Part shown: one piece after another, positions 24,392 through 31,836 of the stretch
Numbering within the stretch: position 1 is the stretch's first letter
Layout of the letters: each line of letters starts with the position of its first letter
Assembly (NCBI GenBank): GCA_003194425.1
Contig: PQXB01000001.1
Location: 850,444 to 882,443 of the forward strand
DNA: 32,000 nt
Direction: 5' to 3'
Source of the DNA: Candidatus Methanophagaceae archaeon
GTDB taxonomy: Archaea; Halobacteriota; Syntropharchaeia; Alkanophagales; Methanospirareceae
Notes under the pieces: generated by a model
The model's database searches: none
What the model was told of the DNA's origin: nothing
The model's input: the letters and a program-made list of their open reading frames with translations, nothing else
Position numbers and translations under genes: made by a program

Positions 24392-25453
24392 TTGTTTTTC
24401 ATTAAGATAGATGAAATGAGACCGAAATCCGATTGCATTGCTTGTTTGGTGGAAAGGACGAAGTACGAGTGCGACCTGGCGTTTAGCAGCAGCGAGAACG
24501 AAAGAGAGAAAATCTCTGCACTGCGGGAGGTTCTTGCGTTTCTCGTTGAGCATTTGGGCGAAGAAGGAAGGTCGCCCGCGTTCTTTGGCACCGAGAGGGA
24601 GCGGATAATAAAAAGACGGAGCAGTGCAAGCGGAGGAGCGAGAGACATTCACGCTGAGGTAAAGCGGAGGAGCAACGAGGTTGCGAGAGGGCTGCTTCCC
24701 GTGGCACGCAAGTTCTACGAGGCTGCCGCTTCAGGAGCGGGGGAGAGAGCAGAGAGGGGAGGGGGGGGTAAAATAGAGGCTTTGGTGCGGATTGCCGCAG
24801 CGGCGAACTCGATGGAATACGGCGTAAAGGGGCATTCCTACGACGACGGGGTTTTTAAGGAAGAGTTCGTGCAGACCGTGAACGAAAGGCTCAACTGGGC
24901 GCGGGAGGAAGTAGTCTCGGCGTTGGAGGGACGGGAGCGGATTTTGTACTTGACAGACAACGCAGGCGAGGTTTTTTTTGACGCTTTTGTAGTGAAGGAG
25001 TTGGTGGAGGAGTTTGGCAAGGCGGAGGTGGTGGTCTCGCCGAAGAGCACGCCTGTTCTGAACGACGCAACGACCAAGGACTTGAAGGAGGCGTTTGCGT
25101 GCGTGGGTGTGGGAGAGAGTAAGGGAGAGAGGGTTCCTGAGGGCGAGGGAGGGGTTCCTGAGGGCGAGGGAGAAGGCTGGAGAGGGAGGGTGAGGGTGGT
25201 TCCAAGCGGCTCGTGCATCGGCGTCTCGTTGGAGGAGGCGGGAGCGGAGTTCTTGGAGGTTTTCAGCGACGAGCGGTATTTGGTCGTAGCGAAAGGAATG
25301 GGAAATTACGAGTCAATCTCGGAGTTTGAGGCGAAGCCGGAGTTGAGGCTGCGTGGCAGGGGCAGGTTGCTTTATATTTTCAGGGCGAAGTGCAAGCCAA
25401 TCGCGAGCAGCGTGGGCGTGAAAAGGGGCGAACTCGTTGCTAAACTCGTGTAG
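24392..25453 (+). CDS. DUF89 (ARMT1-like damage-control phosphatase) family protein
   Basis: The N-terminal CIACLVER, LTDNAGEVFFD and AKGMGNYES blocks are typical of DUF89. The probable start is ATG 24416 (MRPKSDCIACL). It contains a duplicated VPEGEGG insert (21-bp repeat about 25128-25171). Confidence 0.7.
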   Translation: MFFIKIDEMRPKSDCIACLVERTKYECDLAFSSSENEREKISALREVLAFLVEHLGEEGRSPAFFGTERERIIKRRSSASGGARDIHAEVKRRSNEVARGLLPVARKFYEAAASGAGERAERGGGGKIEALVRIAAAANSMEYGVKGHSYDDGVFKEEFVQTVNERLNWAREEVVSALEGRERILYLTDNAGEVFFDAFVVKELVEEFGKAEVVVSPKSTPVLNDATTKDLKEAFACVGVGESKGERVPEGEGGVPEGEGEGWRGRVRVVPSGSCIGVSLEEAGAEFLEVFSDERYLVVAKGMGNYESISEFEAKPELRLRGRGRLLYIFRAKCKPIASSVGVKRGELVAKLV

Positions 25454-25540
25454 TGAAGTGTTTTAATCTAGTGGAGGTTACGGCGACGAAGAACTAAAAA
25501 GTATAAAAAGTTTAGCGTAAAGAGAAACAAAAGAAAAAGA

Positions 25541-26482
25541 TTATTTGTCCCTAAATCCAACCTCCACGCTCATCAACTCCCTCGCAGCCTCGGTGTTCTT
25601 AAAGACCGCCCTCGCCTCTTCCTCCAGTTTGCTCGCACTGCCCAAATCCGAGTACCGAGCGCTGAGGTGCGTTAGGATGAGTTTTCGCACGCCTGCTTTC
25701 TTCGCCACCTCCGCAGCCTCTAAAGCGGTGGAATGCATATATTCTGCCGCGAACTCCTTCGTCTCCTCTGACATCGTGCTGTCGTGAATTAGCAGGTCGG
25801 CGTCCTTGCTCGCTTCTACAACGCTCTCGCAGGGTCTTGTGTCGCCGGTGTAGACGATTTTCCTGCCCGGTCTCGGCGGTCCCAGAACCTGCTCAGGTCG
25901 CACTTCTCTCTCTTCTCGCCCGCCCACCGCCACCGAGACAGAACGCCCGGATTGGAGTTTAGAGAAGAGGGGGCCGGGTTTGACGCCGAGTTCGATCGCG
26001 CGCTCGCGGTTGAACCGCCCAGGTCGCTTGTCTTCTTCCAAAACGTAGCCGAGGCTAACGACATTGTGCAGCGTTCTTACCGCTCGTATTTCGTAGCCCG
26101 CCCTTCTCACGACATCGCCGGGTCGCAGTTCCACCGCCCGCACCTCAAACTTCCTGCTCGCTCCCGCGTAGCCCAGCGAGACGAGGTGGTAGAGGAATTC
26201 CTGCACGTGCTTTGGACCGTAAATCTCGAGCGGCTCCGTCCGACCCTGCAGCCCCATCGTCTGGAGCAGACCTGGAATTCCGAGCACGTGGTCGGCGTGG
26301 AAGTGCGTGACGAAAATCGAATTCAGCCCCATTCCGGTCTTCGCCCGCATCATTTGCCGCTGCGTCCCCTCGCCACAGTCGAAGAGCATCAGCTCGCCCT
26401 CTCGGTTCACCGCCAACGCAGACGGATTCCTGTTCGGCGTCGGCGTCGAACCGCCTGTCCCCAAGAATGTTACTCGCAGCAT
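25541..26482 (-). CDS. rnz: Ribonuclease Z (tRNA 3' endonuclease)
   Basis: MLRVTFLGTGGSTPTPNRN...LFDCGEGTQRQM...IFVTHFHADHVLGIPGLL...ILTHLSARY is the metallo-beta-lactamase HxHxDH and RNase Z pattern. Confidence 0.9.
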   Translation of the reverse strand: MLRVTFLGTGGSTPTPNRNPSALAVNREGELMLFDCGEGTQRQMMRAKTGMGLNSIFVTHFHADHVLGIPGLLQTMGLQGRTEPLEIYGPKHVQEFLYHLVSLGYAGASRKFEVRAVELRPGDVVRRAGYEIRAVRTLHNVVSLGYVLEEDKRPGRFNRERAIELGVKPGPLFSKLQSGRSVSVAVGGREEREVRPEQVLGPPRPGRKIVYTGDTRPCESVVEASKDADLLIHDSTMSEETKEFAAEYMHSTALEAAEVAKKAGVRKLILTHLSARYSDLGSASKLEEEARAVFKNTEAARELMSVEVGFRDK

Positions 26483-26588
26483 AATCTAACCTTTCTTTAA
26501 AAACCCAAAGAAATCTTTACTAAAAAATTGTTTTATGATTTTATATTTAACGCAAAAGTAAAGTAAGAGGAAAAAAGAGGTGTAAAAA

Positions 26589-27797
26589 GTGTTAAGGGAA
26601 AATGTGGTCTACTGCGGGGATTGCAAGAGTGTGCTTGCAGGGTTTCCGGAGAAGTCGGTGGATTTGATTTACGCCGACCCGCCGTTCTTCTCGAACAGGC
26701 ATTACGAGGTCGTCTGGGGCGACGGCTACGAGCTGCGGGCTTTTGAAGACCGCTGGAAGGGCGGGATTGAAAATTACACTGCCTGGATGGAAGACAGGAT
26801 TAGAGAGTGCCACCGGGTTCTGAAGGAGACGGGCTCGTTTTACTTGCACTGCGACTTCCACGCGAACGCGCATTTACGAATCTCGCTCGACCGGGTCTTT
26901 GGGAAGGGAAATTTTAGGAACGAGATAATTTGGTGCTACACTGGACCGTCGAACACAAAGAGATATTTTCCGCGAAAGACAGACACAATCTTTTTTTATG
27001 TCAAAAACAGAGACGCAAATTACTTTTTTGATGTGGAAAAAATTCGTGTTCCCTACAAAAAATTAGAGACAGGAAAAACGAGCGGTATTTTTAAAGGAGA
27101 AGCGACGCTTTCGGAGAAAGGCAAAATTCCAGAGAATTGGTGGGAAGAGAAACGAGACGGAATGTCACCAGTCGGGCGGTTAAAAAGAGAACGGCTTGGC
27201 TACCCGACGCAGAAGCCTGAAGCCCTCCTTGAACGCATCATAAAAGCGTCTTCAAACGAAGGCGATTTGGTCTTAGATCCGTTCTGCGGCTGCGGGACTT
27301 CGATCGCAGTGGCACACAGGCTCGGTCGCCGCTGGGTCGGAATTGATGTCTCGCCGACTGCGTGCAAAGTTATGGTCAGGCGAATGCGAAGAAGTCTTGG
27401 CGTGAGCGTCGGCGAGAGCGAAATAATCGGGCTTCCGAGAACTGTGGAAGAGTTAAAAACGATGAAGCCGTTTGAGTTTCAGAATTGGGTCTGCGAGCAG
27501 TTGAACGGGCAGGTCTCTTCCAAGAAGAGCGGAGACTTCGGGATTGACGGCTGGCTGATCGACGGCAGACCGCTGCAGGTCAAGCAGTCCGAGAATGTTG
27601 GAAGAAATGTGGTTGACAATTTCGAGACGGCGTTGAGACGGGCGGGGCGGAACCGGGGCGTCGTTGTTGCTTTTAGCTTCGGTAAAGGTGCAAACGAAGA
27701 GACGGCAAGGGCTCGACTACAGGACGGGCTGGAGATTGAACTTAAGACCGTAGAGGAGATTTTAAGAGGAGAAAATTACTCGCCTGAGGTTGCGTAG
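26589..27797 (+). CDS. DNA methyltransferase (beta-class N6-adenine/N4-cytosine type, motif IV before motif I) fused to a C-terminal PD-(D/E)xK Mrr-cat-like domain
   Basis: VDLIYADPPFFSN (motif IV, DPPF) precedes VLDPFCGCGTSIAVA (motif I). The last about 110 aa, FEFQNWVCEQL...SGDFGIDGWLIDGRPLQVKQSENVG...GVVVAFSF, fits the restriction-endonuclease (Mrr_cat) core D...(Q/E)xK. GTG start. Confidence 0.75.
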   Translation: MLRENVVYCGDCKSVLAGFPEKSVDLIYADPPFFSNRHYEVVWGDGYELRAFEDRWKGGIENYTAWMEDRIRECHRVLKETGSFYLHCDFHANAHLRISLDRVFGKGNFRNEIIWCYTGPSNTKRYFPRKTDTIFFYVKNRDANYFFDVEKIRVPYKKLETGKTSGIFKGEATLSEKGKIPENWWEEKRDGMSPVGRLKRERLGYPTQKPEALLERIIKASSNEGDLVLDPFCGCGTSIAVAHRLGRRWVGIDVSPTACKVMVRRMRRSLGVSVGESEIIGLPRTVEELKTMKPFEFQNWVCEQLNGQVSSKKSGDFGIDGWLIDGRPLQVKQSENVGRNVVDNFETALRRAGRNRGVVVAFSFGKGANEETARARLQDGLEIELKTVEEILRGENYSPEVA

Positions 27798-28069
27798 ATT
27801 TCGTAGGGCATTATTTTTTTATTCACCTTCTTCTTCCCTTTCAACCTGCTTACGAGGTCGGCGGCTTTCTTCTTCTGCTCCCGCTTCTTCAACCGTTCCA
27901 TTATGCTCGCCATTTCCTTCTCTTTACCCTTCTCCGCCTCAGCACTGCCGCCGTTTTCTCCCTCCGCTTTCTCGCTTGCGTAGCCTCCTTCTGTCTCTTC
28001 TACTTCTTCTTCAACCCCTCCCTCTTCCGCCTCGTCCATTCCTTCAAAAACCATTATTTCTACACCCAT
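27776..28069 (-). CDS. Small charged low-complexity protein ending in ...Ser-Gly-Glu; candidate Pup-like modifier
   Basis: 97 aa. The N-terminal half is acidic and G/E/A-rich (DEAEEGGVEEEVEETEGG...), and the C-terminal half is basic and helical-looking (MERLKKREQKKKAADLVSRLKGKKKVNKK). The C-terminus is YEIYATSGE-stop, verified codon by codon. GGAGGT lies 9 nt upstream of the ATG. It is the last gene of the PafA/Dop-like operon. The function is inferred from context only. Confidence 0.55.
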   Translation of the reverse strand: MGVEIMVFEGMDEAEEGGVEEEVEETEGGYASEKAEGENGGSAEAEKGKEKEMASIMERLKKREQKKKAADLVSRLKGKKKVNKKIMPYEIYATSGE

Positions 28070-28146
28070 TTTAACTCAACCTCCTTTCTTGAAGTTTTTT
28101 GCTGCTGTTTTTTGATAAACCTTTTTCAAAAAAGGACTTAAGGTTC
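28070..28146 (-). promoter_or_regulatory. Intergenic control region: A/T hairpin with U6 tract, TATA-like TTTATCAAAAAA, and the SD GGAGGT of the small ORF
   Basis: The minus strand reads CCTTTTTTGAAAAAGG TTTATCAAAAAACAGCAGCAAAAAACTTCAAGAAAGGAGGTTGAGTTAAAATG. The palindrome is at 28120-28135 and the SD at 28079-28084. Promoter and terminator roles are inferred. Confidence 0.35.
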
Positions 28147-29841
28147 TTAATAAATCACCTTGTCAGGGTGCAACCGTTTCGCGGCTGACAACACCTCTTC
28201 TATTTGCCTCCCCTGCCCTTCTCCTTCTCCCTCTCCTCCTCCCTCTCCTTCTCCCCTGCACATCTCCGCACCAATTTCCGCCTTATTCAGCATAAACGGC
28301 TCGTCCAACGTTACTTTCGCCTCGTTAAGCACCAGCGTTGACCAACTCACACTCCGCACGTGCGACCCAAATCTTCGCAGTATTTCCACCCTGAAGAAGT
28401 CCCTCGTGTTCTCGGGTGCGTTGCTCAGCGCGTATTTCACCCGCTCCGAGAACGACGACCAACCGACCCCCGGCAATTCCCGCTCCGCAAACGCCAGCGA
28501 CTCCTTCTGACTGTAAAGACTCCCGCTACCCCCCCTCCCTCTCCCTCTCCCTCCTTCAGCCCCGAGGTCGAGGCAGTTCAGCACACTCGCGTCCAGCAGT
28601 GCGTACTGGTTGCAGACGCTAATTCCTTCGGACGCGGTCTTCGGCTCGTAATTCACGAGCAGCGCCAACTTCGTCACCCAGTCGAGACCGTCCACAAAAT
28701 CCTCCACTCGCCGAGCCTCCAGCTTCTCTAACGCCTCCTCAAACGCCTTCTTTCCCTCCCCTTCCCACTTCCCTCCCTCCCAACTCCCCTTTTCCTGCAT
28801 TTCCTCAATTTTCTCGAGGTAAAACCGCAGAACCGCGACCGCGTCCGTCCGCTCACCGCCCTTCAACCTCACCCGCCACTCGCACTCCTGCGTGTCCGCG
28901 GAAATCTCCTTAAAACTCCTCACAGGGTCTTCCAACACAGGTGCGTCGTCCAAGAACCCTGCTTCAAACGCGGAAATTACCAACGCCTGCAAAATGTCGC
29001 GCAAAAAAATCGCGTACTCAGAACGGAGAGCCTCAAAATGAATGTCGTGCAGTCGCCAGTACTTGTTGCGTGCTGCGTGAGGCTGGTCTCGTGTGTTCAG
29101 AATGCCTCTACCAGCAGTGGTTGAGAGCGACGACTTGCGAGTAACGAACATCGCTCTCGGCGAAATAACGAACTTCACCCCGCCCCGCTTCCCCCCAACC
29201 GCCCCAACGAAGTCACCAGAGACGACGTCTCCCGAGCCAGTGAGTAGAATTCTCGTGACGACCCACGGAATTAACGCCCGCTCTACACGACTCCAGTCCT
29301 TGCACGCTGCCCGTTTTGTTAGAAAATTTCCGTGCGTGGCGTAAGTGAGGGTCTTTACTCTTCCCGCTTTGCCACTGCCACTGAGTCTGGCTGTGCTGGT
29401 GGCACTGCCTCCGCCACCGGCACTACCACCGCCGCTGCGGTTCACGACCGTGTTCGCGACATTGTTTTTGTGAACTGCTACTCGCTTCTTCAACGCCAGA
29501 CCCGCCTCCCGCGAGCCTACAAAAGCGTAAATCTCAGAGGCTTTGTCGTACGCCACAGCGTCAAAGGGGCTGTTGTAAGAGGGCGTTGAAATCTCAAGAT
29601 GCCCCAAATCGTTGTAAATCCGGCACCCGTTCTCGCCGAACCACGAGGAAATTTTCGACTCGTGCGTCTCTTGTGAAATTTCGGTAGCGGTGTCCCACTT
29701 CACAACCCGCGAAAATCTTCGCCGTCTTAAACCCTGAATCGCAGCGCTGACGAGCAGAGAAGGATTTAAACCCGCTCTCGCACTCACAGGGTACTCCTGC
29801 TCTACTCCTCTTATTTTGTTTTCTGTCCCCTCCATAAGCAC
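28147..29841 (-). CDS. Pup ligase/deamidase family protein (PafA/Dop-like carboxylate-amine ligase fold), paralog B (Dop-like C-terminus)
   Basis: Ordered motifs: GVEQEY, ENGCRIYNDLGHLEISTPSY, ATHGNFL, LIPWVVTRILLTGSG, KFVISPRA, GILNTRDQPHA, WRLHDIHFEALRSE, DPVRSFKEISAD, LDWVTK, and NTRDFFRVEILRRFGSHVRSVSWSTLVL (compare Dop ...TRAYFRGECLRRFG......SW, from memory). An alternative start is ATG 29835. Confidence 0.8.
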   Translation of the reverse strand: MLMEGTENKIRGVEQEYPVSARAGLNPSLLVSAAIQGLRRRRFSRVVKWDTATEISQETHESKISSWFGENGCRIYNDLGHLEISTPSYNSPFDAVAYDKASEIYAFVGSREAGLALKKRVAVHKNNVANTVVNRSGGGSAGGGGSATSTARLSGSGKAGRVKTLTYATHGNFLTKRAACKDWSRVERALIPWVVTRILLTGSGDVVSGDFVGAVGGKRGGVKFVISPRAMFVTRKSSLSTTAGRGILNTRDQPHAARNKYWRLHDIHFEALRSEYAIFLRDILQALVISAFEAGFLDDAPVLEDPVRSFKEISADTQECEWRVRLKGGERTDAVAVLRFYLEKIEEMQEKGSWEGGKWEGEGKKAFEEALEKLEARRVEDFVDGLDWVTKLALLVNYEPKTASEGISVCNQYALLDASVLNCLDLGAEGGRGRGRGGSGSLYSQKESLAFAERELPGVGWSSFSERVKYALSNAPENTRDFFRVEILRRFGSHVRSVSWSTLVLNEAKVTLDEPFMLNKAEIGAEMCRGEGEGGGEGEGEGQGRQIEEVLSAAKRLHPDKVIY

Positions 29842-29856
29842 TTCCTCTCTCCTTCA

Positions 29857-31770
29857 TTATTCTCCCTCTTCTCTCTCTTCTCCTTCTCTCTCTTCTCCCT
29901 CCTCCCTCCCCTTTTTCTCCGCCTTTTTTATCTCTTCAACCTTCCTTTTTATCACCTCCTCGTCCCACCCGTCCAGCTCGTCAAACTTGTAAGTCTTGTT
30001 GTTAGAACACATCAAGTACTCCAAATACGGATTCCTTGCGATTCTGCTCCTTATTTCCTGGCTTATTTCCTCCTCCCACCCCCTAATGTCCTCCTCTTCA
30101 CCCAGAAGTCGCACAAGAACCTCCCTCCTTCTTCCCCCCCGCCCGTCCCTGCTTCTCGACTCGTGCAGAAAGACCACCACCGCACTCGGTCGCCTCCCGA
30201 GTTCAGGGTACTGCTCAAACAACCGCATATATTCCTCCGCACTCGGCGGCCCCATATCTATTTTTATCTTCGGCGCCCGATTTATCGTTATCTTGTTCCA
30301 ACTCAACGCCGCGTCCTCGAACCCCGGCACCGCCGCCAGCCGCACCCGCAATTCCGCTCTCGAACCCTTCGGCGGAGACAACAAAGCCTCCCCTAACTCC
30401 TCTTCAGTCAGTAGCCGCACCACGCCCACTCGGTCCGCTACTTGCTCGTACAAGTCGTGTTCGCCGAGATTGGTAAACTCGAACGAAGCCGCTATTTCCT
30501 TCTCCGCCTGCTCGTCCATTTTATAAAGGCTTCGGTAGTCGAACCGCCCCTTTGGTCTCTCTTCGTACTCAAAATCCGCGAGTTCATTTTTTAACACCCA
30601 CCACTTCAGCACCCACTCCAAACGCCGCACCACAAACGGGTCCTCAAGCAGCCCCTGACCAAACTTGTCGCAAAGCCTCTTAAAAGTGTCCAGCACATAT
30701 TTGTCCCAGTAGGAAGTCTCCCTCTCTGCGAACAACTCCTCAATCGCCGCGAGGTAGTGAGAATTGAGGTAGTCGATCGCTGACTCGGTCCGCCTGTTCA
30801 TCAATTTTATCCGCCACCCGCCTTCCCCGTTCGTGTTCGCCGAGATCTCCTTGAAAGTCTGAAGAGGGTTCCAAATCTCCTCGATGTGTGTAATTTTTCC
30901 GCACTCGATCGCGTCAATTACGTACGAAGTGAGTGCGTTGTTGAGCAGTCGTGTTACTTCAGACCGAACACCCTCACCAGAAGTAACATGCACACGATAA
31001 AAATCCTTCGTACTCAAGGGCTCGTCCCGCGTCGACAAAATCGGCCACTGCGACGGCGACTCTGTGAGAACGCGCTTCGAAACCATCGCTTTCGGCGAAA
31101 TTACATATTTTAAACCTCCTCTCACTCCTCTTTCTCCTCTCCCTGCCCCCCTCTCTCCACCTGCCTTCTCCGCCACGAACCCGCCAGCGCCAAAGAAAAT
31201 CTTACGAAGCACCAAGAACGGCACGAGCAGACCCTCTTTGCCCACGAATTTCTTCCGCTTCACAATGTAGGACTCGTGCGTGCCTCTACTGTACCGCTTG
31301 TCAATCTCGACATTCGCCTTCCAGCACTGAATGCTTACGTGTGTTGCGTGTGCGGAGCCTCCTCGTCCCCCTTTCCCTCGTCCCTGTCCCTGCTTCCCCA
31401 GCCTCTTTCTGAGCCTCTCGTTCGCTTCCTCAACGCCGATTTGCATAAACAACTCCGCCGCCTTGTCGTACTTCAGCACCTCAAACGCGTCCCTGCACTC
31501 CGGCGTCGCGATTTCAAGGTGACCTCCAGTGCAGATGTAAATCCGCGAGCCGTTCCGCAAGAACCCATCGTTCCGCCGCCGCAGCTTCGAGCAGACCGCT
31601 GCCGTGCCGTCAAAAAAAGAGTAATTCTCAAGCGCACGAATCACTTCGTCCACGTGGTAAAATCTGGCGTACCTGTACAACCCCGGCGATTCCGAACTTA
31701 TTCCGACCCTGAATTCGTGCTCCAACCCCTGCCACCTGCTCAAATCCCCTTCCATCTTTTTTCCTCCCAT
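29857..31770 (-). CDS. Pup ligase/deamidase family protein (PafA/Dop-like), paralog A
   Basis: Ordered motifs: GLEHEF, FLRNGSRIYICTGGHLEIATPEC (compare PafA [23 protein letters not shown]), GTHESYI, LVPFLVLRKIFFGAGG, KYVISPKA, PILSTRDEPL, YRVHVTSGEGVRSE, NPLQTFKEISAN, and LEWVLK. ATG 31755 has the better-spaced SD (GGAGGAAAAAAGATG). The protein has G/R-rich inserts and an E/R/G-rich tail. Confidence 0.8.
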   Translation of the reverse strand: MGGKKMEGDLSRWQGLEHEFRVGISSESPGLYRYARFYHVDEVIRALENYSFFDGTAAVCSKLRRRNDGFLRNGSRIYICTGGHLEIATPECRDAFEVLKYDKAAELFMQIGVEEANERLRKRLGKQGQGRGKGGRGGSAHATHVSIQCWKANVEIDKRYSRGTHESYIVKRKKFVGKEGLLVPFLVLRKIFFGAGGFVAEKAGGERGAGRGERGVRGGLKYVISPKAMVSKRVLTESPSQWPILSTRDEPLSTKDFYRVHVTSGEGVRSEVTRLLNNALTSYVIDAIECGKITHIEEIWNPLQTFKEISANTNGEGGWRIKLMNRRTESAIDYLNSHYLAAIEELFAERETSYWDKYVLDTFKRLCDKFGQGLLEDPFVVRRLEWVLKWWVLKNELADFEYEERPKGRFDYRSLYKMDEQAEKEIAASFEFTNLGEHDLYEQVADRVGVVRLLTEEELGEALLSPPKGSRAELRVRLAAVPGFEDAALSWNKITINRAPKIKIDMGPPSAEEYMRLFEQYPELGRRPSAVVVFLHESRSRDGRGGRRREVLVRLLGEEEDIRGWEEEISQEIRSRIARNPYLEYLMCSNNKTYKFDELDGWDEEVIKRKVEEIKKAEKKGREEGEEREGEEREEGE

Positions 31771-31836
31771 TTTTCTTTTACTAAAGCTTTTCCTCCTAAG
31801 AAAAAGTGTTAAGAAAAAAAACTTTAAGAAAAGCTT

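Noticed and set aside
27790-28074. 94-aa plus-strand ORF antisense to the candidate modifier ORF
   Set aside because: It is P/S/L-rich with no SD, and it starts inside the methyltransferase 3' end. The minus-strand ORF has the strong SD and the operon context.
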